A stretch of 63,782 nt of DNA, counting the filler, from Choristocarpus tenellus KU-1152 (Eukaryota; Protista; Phaeophyceae), in the NCBI GenBank assembly GCA_964200185.2. It is 10 parts of 10 records of this genome, joined end to end, with 100 filler letters (N's around TTAATTAATTAA, not from the genome) between each part and the next. Parts side by side here need not be neighbours in the genome. Positions count along the whole stretch, not along the records: positions 43,274 to 48,074 come from CAXNAD020013010.1; positions 48,175 to 56,012 come from CAXNAD020005506.1; positions 56,113 to 60,325 come from CAXNAD020015660.1; 7 more parts are not named here. One strand, 5' to 3'. Positions 43,684 through 57,295 of the stretch are shown here, piece after piece. The notes under the pieces are model-generated. The model was not told the origin of the DNA and ran no database searches. It worked only from the letters and a program-made list of their open reading frames with translations. Positions within the stretch are counted from its first letter, which is position 1, and each line of letters begins with the position of its first letter. A program made the translations under genes and the position numbers.

Positions 43684-43809
43684 TTTGGTTAGGCGATGCA
43701 TTGCCCCAGTGTTAGGTTTAGGGTTAGGATTATGTGGTCTGGCTGATATGCAGTCTGATGAAAATGTATGTTTTTTCTACTCCTACATGGGGAAACACAG
43801 CAAGCAGTA

Positions 43810-44070
43810 GAGTCAAAGTATCTTTAGAGGGTAGAGCCGCGTCCATTTTGGGGTCAGAGTCAAATGATGCGATTTTGACGTAATTTTAGCTATCTTGTTT
43901 GTTACGAGTGTCGGTATCCTTCTTCTGAACACACCTTTTGATAATGTATATAATATACCTACTCCGAAACGTTTCGGAGTAGTTAAAATGTCATAAAAAA
44001 ACCTGTGGGATGCCAAGCCCCAAACGGACAAGCAGGGAAAAAACTCGTACCCTCTAAGATACTTTCACTC
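43810..44070 (+). mobile_element. MITE M1, TSD AGTA/AGCA
   Basis: gagtcaaagtatctttagagggta...taccctctaagatactttcactc. Confidence 0.9.
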
Positions 44071-46783
44071 AGCAGCGCTGGTTTCGTTTGCTTCTACAGT
44101 CGTATCATCCTTGCTAGCAGTTCCTACCCTTGTACTATTGCTGGTAATATGCCCACCATTACACCAGCTTATCTCCTGTCAGCGGGGATTTGAGGGACTC
44201 TAAGTCACAATCATTTTCGTTTCCCTCTTAACCGTATCTCATCTTGTTGCTGCAGGGTCAATATCTTCATGTGTTTCTTGTGAAGTAGTGTGTACCGAAG
44301 GCAATAATGATCAGGAGCATCTTCCAAGGTTCACACATCCGTGCTCATTGGGTAGACAAAGTGACAAGAGTGTGAGGGATTGGAGGACAATTGGGGGTGC
44401 TGCTGGATAGCTTCAATACGTACCTAAGCCATGCAAATGGCAGATCCGGATTCCACACTCTCTTGAAGGTCCATAAATAGGACAAGGAGATACATGTAGT
44501 AAGTATGCCTGTGTTGCATGTTTACAATTTACCCTTCATTCATACTCTTTCAGCCCTATATCATATGCTTCCTTGTGGCCTGTCACCTTTCATAATATTT
44601 TGCAGTCAACGAATGAATCTTGTTTACATCCACTTCTTGTAGACATCCACTAATGATGCATTGTACCCCCTGCAGTGTCGACACTGTTTATGGTATCTAT
44701 GCCTTTGTGTCTTTAGGCAACGCAAAGCGCACCTGCAGAGCTGCAGGAGTATGTCGTGACTTGGCTGACGCATTAGTTGGCTGGATTGCGAAAGGTGCCA
44801 TTCCCAGTGTGACTGCTTTGGAAGGGTTAGATTTAGATTCTAAAGTACCCATCGAGAGGGCCAATTGCTTGGGGTTTGAGATCAAGCCTAGCAGGCGGAA
44901 AAGCGTAATGGAGCAGACACCCTAGACTGCAATCTCCTCATAAGGACTATTGATAAGAGGATACTTAATTCCATTTAAGGTCTACCTCAGAGTGGATGTA
45001 TTGGGAGTTGCAGCAAGAATGCTACACTCAACTTCATTGTCTGGGTGGAAGGTGCTCTTGAACAGTATGATGGGCAACACTTCAGGGTGCATTATGTTGA
45101 GCAATTTGCTAGGAGTATTGTGTTACAGGGTGGAAGGCTGTCTTGGTAGGACCTCCATGTTACAGCATGCCCCAGAACTTAGCTCCACAGGATGTATAAC
45201 TCAAATCCAATGACCTTTAAACGATGCCATGGAGACGTTGCCCTTGCTTGGTCAATCAAGAACAGAATCTGATCACTTTGACTCGCTTGAACCGAAGTAA
45301 GTTGTTGGGGTACTACAACGAATGTTGGAGTGATTATTAGAATGACCTTGTATGTTTTTCGCACTTCTTGGCATTAGGGAAAAGTTGTGTGTGTGTTGTC
45401 AGTGACGTCAACACTGCATGCAGCATGTTCATGATGGTACACGCAATGTAGTAATTGCCAACCTTTGAGGGAGTGTTGTTGTTTTCGTGGCACTGAAGTA
45501 GTAAACATTTCTTGAGAGACATCTTTCACATTTACGTGAACTGATACTTTTACAAGGAGTCCTTGTGATATTGGTTTGCTCTTCCCCCTGCACATCTCCA
45601 AAATGTTAGAGGGTACAATATGTATCTCATTATGTATACATGCCCCAGTATAGCATGTAAGTACCAATCATTGTACTACGTACGTACGTGTACTTGTAAT
45701 GATGTAGAGTATGTAGTCCGTAGTTTCTGTTGTGTTATTGTATAGTACAGTACATAATATGGAGGATGTGCGATTTTTTAAGTTATTATCTGGTGTGTTC
45801 ATCATGATACATACTTTATACACAGACACTACTATCAGTGTTACTGCCACTACTGGGCACATTCGTTCATTTGTGAGACGCATGATGTCCAGAAAGCATC
45901 TATCATTGTCCTTCTCGCTATTATTATTCTAAAATACGTGTCTATCGCTATCGTAGTCATAATATTGTAGAGAAAACGGAGGATGACTCCCTCAAAAAGG
46001 GGGGCCGGTTCCCCCAGCAATAGAGAGGGTTCCCTGCGCGAGGGTGGCTTTCACATGCATGGCAGAATCTGGTGATCCAAGACTCGAACATTGTTTTCGT
46101 ACAGTCTTGTACTCATTCCCATTTTGCCTGCTGTGAATGTAGTGCCCTGATGATACTGCAATCTCAACTGCATTACAGACATGTACTCCAGAAGTGCGCT
46201 ATGTGTATATTTGTGCCATTCCTGTCTGATGTGAGTGGTGATGATTGAGGCAGTGGAGGCACTTCAATTGATACTCCCATCTACGAAGAAGAAAGTAGTA
46301 GGAATGACTGCTATTTTCTGTTCAAGGTAGCTTCGCATGACTCATTTTGCTTTCTTGTGTTGTGTTTAACGGCACACCAGACATACGTCGACAATACATA
46401 AATAAAGTGTAACCTATACAATCTGCTTTATCTTGCTGAGGAAAGTCACGAATAATCGCAGCTGCTTTGCTTATGTTATCCTCAGCAAAAAAAAATAATG
46501 TACAGCTTTTGGTGTTGCAAATGACACACGAAGACTCTACCCACAATGCTACACAAAAATACATGTGATCTGTGTCCATAAGCAACGAATCCAGTGGGGA
46601 ATAAATCAACTATAACAAAGATTTAAACAGAACATCTTTGAGGACTCCCCTCACCATTGCAATGCACTGGAAAACCTCCCCCCTCCTTTGCAACCACCCC
46701 CATAATTTTTTACGCTCTTTTCACAAGCCTTTTCAAAACCTAACCCTAACCCTATCTTGTGCGTTAAAAATGTGCCTAACCAG

Positions 46784-46875
46784 TCAAGGAAACGTTCTTG
46801 GAGAAGTTCCACAGTGTGGTGCAGCAGTACGTACAGCATGCACTGGGAAACCATCTCAAGGATCCACCACTGTAA
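46784..46875 (+). CDS. Possible orphan terminal exon
   Basis: cctaaccag| is followed by KETFLEKFHSVVQQYVQHALGNHLKDPPL*. No upstream exons were identified. Confidence 0.3.
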
Positions 46876-47130
46876 TCTCTTTTTCTCTTTTTCACACACA
46901 TTTTCATAACTCTAACTCTAACCCTAAACCTGGTTTGTGAAACCTCCCCCCCAATCTTCGTCGGAAGAAGTGAAAAAAGTATGACAGTGGAGGTTCCTAA
47001 GACAGGGGTTTCTCTGTCCTCTCCACCGTCTGCTGCACCCATGCTGTAGAGAATCCAGTGATAATACACTATGCCATGTCAGGCTACACAAGTCCAGGCA
47101 CGTTGGGGAAGCCTACCGAGGAAACGATAC

Positions 47131-47510
47131 CCTGGTCCACACCTAGGAGGTGTTGGGAAACGGCTTCATCCACCAGGGCCCTGCATTGGCCAAGTGCTCG
47201 ATTGGTTTCGCGGAGTTCCTCCTGCGTAGCTTCCAGCTTTGAGCATTTGTCGCGGAGACTACTTCGGAGGTGCAACACCTCAGCCCAGAGCTCATTGCGC
47301 TGTTTAGAAGCATTTTTGAGTTCTCGTTTGAGCCTCTCCTTCTCGCTTTCCTCGCTTTGGGAATCGTTGTGGAAATTACGCGATCGGTTCTCAAGGTTAC
47401 TGCCCTTTCTCGGCAGTGATGCGCCCCAGCTCCGAGATTCTGAGTTTTTCTGAGCCTTGGAACTTTTGCTACGTATATCTTCCAAATTGTTATAGGTCCT
47501 GGTCCTGGTC
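47131..47510 (-). CDS. Exon of an unknown coiled-coil protein
   Basis: Heptad-rich EKERLKRELKNASKQRNELWAEVLHLRSSLRDKCSKLEATQEELRE, bounded by ttttaccag| and g|gtatcg. Confidence 0.55.
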
Positions 47511-48174
47511 CTGGTAAAATGCAGAGGAGATAAGTTCGTGTCAACACACTCATCCTTGAAACATCCATCAACTACAGAATTGCATATTTTCATGGATACC
47601 CTGTTCTCTTCTGCTCTTGACCAGAAGGGGTCCTTCTATGCATCGTGCAAGCTTGAACTGCCAGTCAGTGCTATAAACAAGGTGGTCACATTTCTTCTAA
47701 ATAGTATGAGAACTGGCTATGGGTGTGCCTCGTCGCCCTGATCAGCAAAAACTATTGGAGTAGATACGTATTTTGTGATCTGAACGCAGCAGCTTGAGGG
47801 AAATGAATATTGAGGTGGGTTGAGAAGTACAGCAAAGAACCAAAGGATAATCATGTGAACCGAGAATAAGTAGTGCAACATTTCGGTTGCTATTATATTG
47901 TAACAGACTGGGCGAAGGGAAGGGTTTGAGGGGGGCGCTGGTTGAGAGGCATGGGTAACTTGATCTGCTTGAAGTGTACCATGGGTCCTATTGGTGACAC
48001 CCTCTTACCCACCCTCTCGGCGTCAACAGTCCTCGAACAACTACCCCCGCCAGCACCCTCAGTCCACTACCCCTNNNNNNNNNNNNNNNNNNNNNNNNNN
48101 NNNNNNNNNNNNNNNNNNTTAATTAATTAANNNNNNNNNNNNNNNNNNNNNNNNNNNNNNNNNNNNNNNNNNNN

Positions 48175-48243
48175 CTCTTCCTGATTTTGGTCCAAATGGA
48201 CACCCTCGTGTAGACCCCCCCCCCCTCCCAGATACTTTGGGTC
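48175..48243 (-). mobile_element. MITE M2 end at a contig edge (further bare termini at 23670-23702, 43156-43173 and 55992-56012)
   Basis: ccaaatggacacc...tagaccccc...cagatactttgggtc. Confidence 0.8.
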
Positions 48244-49841
48244 TCTGCGCTCTCACTGCTTGTTGATAGATGTCCTCCTTCCAATCTTGTCGGAACTGCT
48301 TCTAGGTTTCCACCTCGATCTTGGTCAGGTGCCATTGTAGTATATGCAGCCACACACAAAATAGTACTCTACAATATGACCATCATTTTAGTGAGTGTGA
48401 CAGATAGCCACGCTCACCAAAAAAAATCCAGATAATATTTTTTGAGGCATTCTTTACAGCAGTGAAAATGGATGTAGTTGCTGAAAGTAAAGTTACTCAA
48501 GTATTGGAAGGTTGAAGTTGCATTGTAGACATGCGCGTTATAAAAAGTCGCATTTGCCCATCAGATTGTATCAACTACCGCATGGAAAGTCTCTCCGTTT
48601 TTGCCCGTGCTAGGGTTGTGCTTGACGGATTGCTGGCATGCGCATGTCCAATAGAGTCAACTCTTCACGGAACTCGGTGGTGATGAACCTCCACTCTGAT
48701 ATGTACTGGGAGAGGATGTAATTCGACTGTGTGTACACATTGTCAGGGTTGGTAATGTATTATGCATGCAAATGTAACACATTGTCACCATTGTTCTGGA
48801 TGGTGTTAACCACTCAGCCACAACAACCCCTACACATGAACCCACCTTGACTCACACCTACTCTTTATCAAGAACAAAATGATCAATGAACCGGGCCATG
48901 ACGACGAATAGAGCTCTACTACATTGGCTCCTGGAGAAGTTCGCCTCAAATTTCATTGAAGTACTGTTGATTTAAAACATTAGCATGTCTGAGAAAAGCA
49001 AGCTTTTGGACGAGGAAGGTTTTCTCCATCTCTACAAGGTAAGTTAGCCTTGTCCAGGAGGACTGTGAGAGGTTGGGTCCAGGAATATAAAACTGGACTC
49101 CACAGTGCAGCAGACCATCGTTTTCCTAAAAAATGAAAATTGCCTTCAACTGAATAGAAGTTTGCTGGGTTTTTAAGGAGAGTATCACTGAAAGTACAGT
49201 CCGAACCCAACACACTGTCATCATTTTCTCTCACAGTTGCACCACCATACCTCTGACCAACCCCTAAATCCTATCTGTTGTATCCCTGGTTGGCTCTGAT
49301 AACAAAGATGTTCCTAGTCAGCGCCCTTGTATGAGAGTCACTCTAGTGTGAGACTGGACATTCGGTTGTTGAGGGGGCAGTGAGTGATAGCCCACCGACA
49401 GTGTGGACGGAAATCAGGGAAGTGTCATGATGAGCACTGCCAAGTCCTGTTAGGACATACGAAAAAAAATTCTTTGGGTCAGGTCAACTTTCGAAGGACG
49501 CTTATGAAGGTCTCTACATGTGTGCTCTATGTGGAACTCGGGTTAATGCTTCGAACACATCTGTATGTGTCACCAGCTCATGAGTGCTGTCAATGGCAAT
49601 GACAAGTGCACATATTGCACAGGAGTGCAAGGAGAGCGGTGATTGGATAGTTCCATGCGAAGATCATATCCTAAAGGGATTTATCCATTTGACATATCCA
49701 CTACATCGATGTATATATAAAGATTTTCTGAGTAGTATCTACAAAAACGCGACTGGTTCTGGAGCTGTCTACATTTCCGTTAAATGTGCACAGTTCCCCG
49801 GCAAAGTGTTCGTACTGAAAGATCAGAGGTTTGTCCCCGTT

Positions 49842-50389
49842 CTACTCAGAAACAACCGTGATTGGTACATGCTGGTTCCTGTAGTACATACACGTCCAAT
49901 ACTCATATTCCGTCTAAAACATGGTGGTGTAGCCATAAAACTCCACTACACCCAGCAGATACAATTATTCGCGCACCGCCGCAACAAACGGCTTTTCTTT
50001 CTCTCACCCAGCATGGAACGCGTAGCAGCTTGGCAGGTCGCATTTTCTCTTACCAACCCATATTGAGAGCAACAAAAAATATCACAGGATCAGCCCTTAC
50101 TTTCTCCACATCCTTCCAAGAATTGTGAGGAAAGGGGTAATTGCAGGTTTCATCAACACATTCACAGACGCAGACATCAAAAATACAAACTCCCTAGGGA
50201 CACAGCAAAGGGATTGGAGAGTGACCATTCAGCACATGATGTGTGTCGTCTCACATGGGATGCTACACAGTGCAGTGGATGGAATTTGGAGTCCGACATA
50301 TCTAGGAACGGCGGGGGTTCAAGATCTGGATCATCGAATTCGAACTCATCACAGTAGACCTTCTTTGCCACTGGCTCTCCAACATCCAT
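49842..50389 (-). CDS. Unknown small Cys/His-rich protein (exons 50389-50255, 50193-50101, 50048-50008, 49878-49842); may be the 5' part of a longer or decaying gene
   Basis: Phase-compatible GT-AG joins give MDVGEPVAKKVYCDEFEFDDPDLEPPPF...HCVASH|GVCIFDVCVCECVDETCNYPFPHNSWKDVEK|RKCDLPSCYAFHAG|NQHVPITVVSE*. Confidence 0.5.
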
Positions 50390-50654
50390 TAACAAATATT
50401 TGGTTTTGATGTGAGATAGCTCCAGACGATTTTTTTCCAAGTTGTGTTAGTGCCCACGACGGGGGATCAACCGCACTCTCTGCGAGAGTGTCTATATCAG
50501 GAGAAGGAAAATAGCGCCCAAGAAAGCGTGACCTTGACTACCTCTGCCATTCTGGTTCAGGTACTTTTCCCACACTCCTTCTACAACAAAGGTTAGGATT
50601 GGATCATGTTCTACAACAACTATTTATTTAACATTTACTTTGAACAGGTTGGTC

Positions 50655-53600
50655 ATGTCCCTCCACGAAATGGATGCTGGGGCCAATGCCTGCAGTGTTG
50701 AATGGTGCCCTGTCACGGGATTGGATCACTTTGTGGCTTGCGCCACTTACCTTCTGAACGAGAATCCGCTCACCGTCGAGGATGCAGTTCCGGATACCAA
50801 CGCAGACACCAGCCAGGGAGGGGAGGTGGAGAAGAGCAGGACTGATCGAAACAATGGGGATATACATTGTGACAGGGTTGGAGATGATCTCACATCTAGC
50901 TCCGTGACGGGGAGATCTAATGGACATATATCGGGCGAGATGCCAAACGAAGCTGTCGGGGAAGCGGTGGGGCGGCAGATGAGGACAGGAACTCTGGTTT
51001 TGCACAAGGTCTGCCATGATTGGCATGCTGGTGTCGTTAACGTTTCCGTCGAGAGTGTATACTTGTGTTCGTAATCGTCGTGGTCTTGTAGACAGTTACC
51101 ATTCTTGGGTCAAGGCTGAAGAAAGCTGTTATTTCGCAGACACGACTGGAAGGAACACAGGTATTCTGCGCAAAGTTCGGCGATGCCCATATACGTGGGA
51201 TGCACTCCGGTTGCCGTTGCATGACCTAGAGCACTCTCTTACTCTTGTCAAATCTAATGTCGTGATCTATCATGCGTCCATGTTGTGGGGCTCTCAAGGT
51301 TGTCGATAGTTATTTTTGGTTGTCGCCCGAGTGTACCCTTAGTTTGTCCGCCTTTTGGTCGACACCCACCCCATCGTTAACCTTTTTGATTTGGTTTTAC
51401 CTTGACCAGCTTTCGTGCGATACGGAGTTGCTCGGGCAAGGAATGAAATTACGACAAGCTCGCCTTGAAGAAGCTGCCAGAATCTCACTTGACGGGGGGA
51501 TCCTGGATTCCAAATGGCGAAATGATCCCCTGGGAGAATCCGCAATCATTGCATGCGCCACATCCACGGGGCGCGTGACACTTCATGCCCTGCGTTCCCA
51601 CGCTGATAGAGATGCACCGGAGACCCTGGAGACTCTGTCAACTAGCAATCCTAGTGACAGGCTCCTCCTTTCACTGGATTGGAATGAGATAGACACGGCG
51701 AACGAGAAGACTCAGGTAAGAGTAGTCTACCGTCCTGACCTCCAAGAAGTGTCAAGCCCCTTAGGTTGGCCTTGCCTTGGTGAGACAATAGCAGGGAGTT
51801 GTGATTTTAATTTTGAACTGAGTCTTGATTTGTATGGACGTTTTTGTCCTCTGAGTGCTAATGTTGTCACAGTTGCATCCTTGTCCTTAAAGGGAAAGGT
51901 GAATGGAATGTTTTGCGATGCATATATTATTCTGGGCCTTGCTATGCCTGGACCACCCTTTTGTGGCACTGTAATGCAACGTGCACCCGGGATCATGCTT
52001 TTACCTTTTCTGAAGAGTTGTTGCTCTCTTTCCATATTTGTATGCATCCATTTTGCCTCTGACCTACAAGATTGACATAATTTCAGACAAGGGTATAAGA
52101 TTGACTCTGTTTTTTTCCTCAATAGTCTAATGTAGTCTAATGTAGTCTACTGATAATATACCCTGCTTTGGTGCTGTCTATCAGCCCCCGTATTTTAAAC
52201 CCTTTCCAAGTGGGTCAGAACATGTGTCCCTTTGTCAGCAGTCTGTTGAAACAAAATCAGTGAGGCATCGCATCAGTGCCCAATACTCATGATTGGAGAG
52301 AAGGGGTGTGTGGGCAACCCTACTTTCTGTGCCCGTTGCGTTGAACATACATCTTGCCAATGTTGTTTGCAATTTCGGGAAGATTTTCTTGTGTGTTTTT
52401 CAAAGCATTCCTGCACACTGGTGCTCCACTGCTACTCACTCAGAACACACCGTTCCTCAATCTACGACTCGCTTATTGTACTGAGCAGACAAAAAACACA
52501 CACACACACACGCTTGACATTCGCCTTGAAAGGGACTAGGACTAAAATGAAATTCATGGTGGTTACAGTATTTCACAAACTGCCTGTCAGTTGGACCGCA
52601 AACAATGCAGAAGAAGACAGGCTGAGATCAAATACGTAGTGGCTGCTGTAGAGCATCTCATTGTCTAGGGGCATCTGCGCTGACTCGGTAGAACTAAAAA
52701 TTCACATGCACAACCAAAGTTATAGTGGGCGGTGTGAAGAAACAGGCCCTCTTGTCAACTGTCAAAAAAACGTTTCTAACTAAGGTGGTGGTTAGTGAAT
52801 CGGATGGCTCGCTGTCGGTGTGGAGATGCCACCCGGGGGGTGGGGAAATGGTGTGTGAACAGCGCTGGTCTGCCCATGTGATGCGCGGGGGTGCTCCAGC
52901 AGAGGCGTGGATTACCTTCTTCAGTCGATTCAATCCATTCACTGTCATCTCAGGAGCGGATGATGGCTTGATGAAGGGCTGGGACCTGAGGGCTTGTGGC
53001 GGAGAGGCTTTTCGAGCGGGCCACAGCTGGGGTGGTAGCCCATCCTTTGTTTGCAGGCATCATGGTGCAGGGGTTACTTCGGGGCAGTGGCACCCATCTC
53101 GCGAGCACGTCTTTGCCAGGTACTTATGTATAGCTTGAAGTGGCTGCGGTGTAGGATACAGGTAGGGAGGGGGGGGGTGGCAATGGTTGAATGTAGATAT
53201 TTCTAGTGTTTGCAGGGCTGACTCTCCAACCAAAGCTCTCATCGCATTGGTGGATTGAGAGTCAACCATGCTTTCTCCCCTGACTTCTTATGTATCGGTA
53301 GGATGAGTATCTGCAGGGCACAGGGGGGTGTTGGGAACTGCTGCTCACTCGTTGCAGGAAGGTTTGGTGAGAGATGGGCAGCCAAGTTAGTCTGCTCGGC
53401 TCAAATGTTTGCAGTGACATTTGGTTGTATATTTTGAGCTAGGTGTACAGTTGCATGTTGATACGCACCCCCATCCCCACTACTCCTTCCAACGCTGCAC
53501 TTCTCCCATTCTGTGTACATATATATATATATGTACCCTATCTGGTGGTGGTGGAAGTACAGTGGTAGCTACGATGAGGACATCCGCCTCTGGGACATCC

Positions 53601-53954
53601 GGAACACCCGAGATTCAGTGTCGCAGGTGTCCACCGGAGGTGGTCTGTGGCGCCTGAAGTGGCACCCAAGCCCTGAAGCTGGTCAGAGGGACCTTCTCCT
53701 TGCGGCGTGCATGCATGCTGGTGTGTGTGGTAGATACAGAGTCGGCTTTGGGCGGAGGGGGTACAGGGGTAGCCACAGTAGCGGCTAAATATGACCGGCA
53801 CAAGTCCATGGCGTACGGGGTGGACTGGGGTCGTTTGGAGGAGTCAGTGCGAAGCCCTCGCCCTATTGTGGCGAGTTGCTCCTTCTATGATAGCCTGCTT
53901 TGTCTATGGCAGTCCCCAGCACTCTGGGAGCGAGGATCATCTCGACTCCAATAG
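50655..53954 (+). CDS. DPH7: Diphthine methylesterase DPH7/WDR85-like WD40 protein; exons 50655-51008, 51410-51715, 52785-53119, 53563-53954 (frameshift near 53725)
   Basis: Motifs ACSVEWCP..ACATYLL, GILDSKW, LLLSLDW, VSESDGSL, EAWIT..SGADDGLMKGWDLR, HGAGVTS, SGSYDEDIRLWDIR, GGGLWRLKWHP, LLAACMH, HKSMAYGVDW and ASCSFYD appear in the canonical DPH7 order. Confidence 0.92.
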
Positions 53955-56900
53955 CTTGATTAGGGGAAAGGGCAAGGTGAGTTTCATCGTGTGGATGATT
54001 TTCGTGTTTTGTTTGTTGTCCGAGTGCAGCTGCTGTGCTTATGGCGACAGACGGCAATGTAGAGTATATGACCTGTTTGTGTAGGACTATAGATAGACAA
54101 GGAAAATTTTGAAGGTTTATAGAGAGTCGGCTAGGTGTTTCTAATATTCAGGCCGCACCCCTTAGGTGCAGTGGACTGGTAAGTAGTGGAGGGAAATATC
54201 GGCAGTGGGCGGTTGATTTATTCTGCAACGGGTCATATTTACATCGCCTTGCAAGGTGTAGAGTGGTTCGCTGATGCTGTAATTTTTGGGCGCATTTTAT
54301 TTCTTTGCAACACCCTAGGCATACTTCCCATGTGTGTTTCCGAGTTTTTTTGTGATGAATACAAGACCATGGTTGGAGTTTTCTTTGTCACTTTGTACTT
54401 TGGGTACTATCGTGGTTCAACTTTGCTATATGGGAGTAGAAGCGCCCTATTTCGAGGATATAACCACGCCCACAAGAACACAGCTCTTGCAGGGTACATG
54501 TTATTTTGTTTGTTCAACACGAAATGACAAAGGCTTTTTTCCTGACAATGATAGAGCAAGTGGGTTGAACTGCTTGCCAAAACTATGGGGATTTTGGATC
54601 AAATGGCCCCAATGTTGTGCTGGACAATGAATGTTGTAGAATGGATGGCCTCACTTGCCATCCTAGACAACAAGCAAGTACAGAGCAAGTGGTGCAGAGT
54701 GTTTGCTGGATAACGATCGCTTTTTGTTGGTTTGGAGTTCGAGGTGGTAGATGGCATTGTTGAGCATCGCCTTCGCTGTCTTTGGGGAAGGGGGTTAGAG
54801 ATTCCTTTAAACTCGTGGCAACAAGGATGATGGAAATTCTGATTCTGCCGTGGGTTGTCAGTATGCTTTGATGAGTAGGTGTTATCTTGGATGACACACA
54901 TCTGTATGTTGCTTGCATTTTTTCTTCTTTATGCCTCATTGCTTCCATGTATGGCCGTATCTGTTACGCAATCTGTGACCACAGGCATGGGAAGATCGAT
55001 TTTAAGTGCAAAATGATAGTTATTGAGCAAGTGGACTTGTGCGCTGTTCTCAACTCACGTGTGATCGGGTAACTGAACACAAGGGGTTGCAGGACAACGA
55101 GTGCTAAGAGAGCAAAGTGCACAAAATATTCCCCTGGCAACGGAGGACAGGCAAGCTTAGTGCTAGATGTAGAGCAAAGTATCTTGGGTGTTACATTAAT
55201 ATGAAATTATGTTATGGAACAACTGGTCCCCTAGCATCGTCCTGGTGAACAGATGTTACATAGCATATATATCAGGCCTAGCTTACCCTACATAGTGTAT
55301 GTTATTGGCCGAATATGGCTGAACTTGCTGGAGTAAGACTGGTGTTAGGTGTTGCATTATCCTGGGTATGCAGGTTACGAGCAGAGGTCATTCTTGTCTA
55401 AGCGTACAGATCTAAACATAACTCCGTAGGCCAAAGGAGGGTCGTCTGTCGGTTAGACCAGTGATCAATCACCAAGAAATCGATGCTCTCGAGAAACAAA
55501 AAGATGTTGCAAGCATATTGACTCTCACCACCCGTAATTTTCTTTTGAACTCCTCCAAATGCACAGCATTCATCAAGGGTCTTCCCCATTCTGCCACTCT
55601 TTGGTGTTGTGATGACCAAGGGACTCGTTGCTCTATACCTTTTTTGTAGATATAATCCCCTGTCGCCAAACATTGGTGTCTTGCCCTCAGAAGTTGGTTG
55701 CAGGGACGGAAGTAATCCCTCCCTCCTTTTGTGGGCTACGGCATACATGTTGGCTTCCATCCCTCATTTGCAGCATTATCAGCAGTGGAAGCATGCAGGT
55801 TATGCATTCAACTACTGGCTTCTACTTCATACTACTAGCAGTAGCTCTGAACCGAGAAACCTTTGCATCCTTGAAATTGCAATGCATGCAGTCAACACAA
55901 CCTCATCGACCTCCTCCTTCACCTTCCACCATTTGAGGGTACCACCAAGGTCCTCCCCGTGTCCACATCAACTGGTTGCTAACACAGTATTGGGTCAAAG
56001 TATCTTGGGGGGNNNNNNNNNNNNNNNNNNNNNNNNNNNNNNNNNNNNNNNNNNNNTTAATTAATTAANNNNNNNNNNNNNNNNNNNNNNNNNNNNNNNN
56101 NNNNNNNNNNNNCCCCCCCACTTCCTGCCTCTCTCTTCTTGCGATGGACGCTCTGTTACTCGTAGACTTCGTGGTGGTAGGCACTAAGTATTGAACCCTG
56201 TTAACATCCTTGCTTTGAATTATGAGTAAATGAAGAGGTTTACCTCTTCTAAAACCAGATGAATAGACCATCAGTGTTGGACACTCCAAGAGTGTACTAT
56301 CTATCTCCCATGCACTCCACAGTAGGGATGCAATTCTGAGAAGTTTACTTGGCCAATGTTACTTCTGGAGAGCACAAATGATTATGAACCATATCAGCTA
56401 TTTCACCGATTGATTTCTCGCTGGTCTCCAGGCCATCTTATCTTCCCCCAGTCACAGGCATTGTATTGCGTTACACATATTTTGATGACAATTTTCGCTG
56501 ATATATCGAGTACTTTCCTGACCCCCCCCCCCCTCCCTGGTTCCCAAGATTGAGAAAGTAGGTACTCCAAACTTCGAAGTATTTGTTATGATCTGACTCG
56601 GGTACTCTACCCAAGGATTGGGGTGATTTTGTGGGAGGAAGCAAAGAAGATCTTGTGTGTGTGTGTTTGTGTTTGTGTTTGTTTTATTTCATCATTAAAT
56701 TACGTAGCACCCATTTTATTTCCCTGTTCTCTAGTTTTTATCTTTATTTTGTTGAAGGGGCATGAAATATGCGAGGAGCTGAACTTCAAAAAAACTCTTC
56801 TGCACACCAATAGGATAGCTTGTATGTTTCGTTGGACCAATAGGGTCAAATGAAACGCCTTCAACCCTCCTACTCCTGAAATCTTATCCTCCGCATGACT

Positions 56901-57049
56901 TTCATATTTGTTTCTCATCTCAGCTATATGTGTATATATATATATGTGTGTGTGTGTATAAGCATCTGCTTATATCTTCTCTATTTGAGCAAGTTCTGAT
57001 GATAAGCTTGAAACTGTTGTTTTTTTTAATGCTCCCCTTCACATGGCAG

Positions 57050-57295
57050 GCGTGTCCACGTGGTAGAGTTTCTGCAAGGGGGTTCAGTCTCATTCCCCTG
57101 TCTTCTTCTTCTTCTTCTTCTTTGTCCATGACTGGAGCCATTGCTGGTGGAGGTGGGGAGAGGGCAGAGGGCAACAAGGGATCATACTCGCTGTACAAGG
57201 CGCAGGAGGTGGAGTCCATGGGTGTATGTCTGGGTACTCTTCTGCCGATGCTGATGCGAAAGGATGGAGGCGTGAAGGGATTGCTAGAGTTTGAG
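57050..57295 (+). CDS. Internal exon of an unknown protein
   Basis: cag|ACPRGRVSARGFSL...SLYKAQEVESMGVCLGTLLPMLMRKDGGVKGLLEFE|gt, 246 nt, phase 0. Confidence 0.5.

Noticed and set aside
44600-45660. Cys-rich broken frames on the minus strand, possibly CxC/KDZ-like
   Set aside because: No diagnostic motif could be confirmed.
54186-55950. Protein-like fragments with a weak hAT dimerisation resemblance
   Set aside because: Too degenerate to assign.
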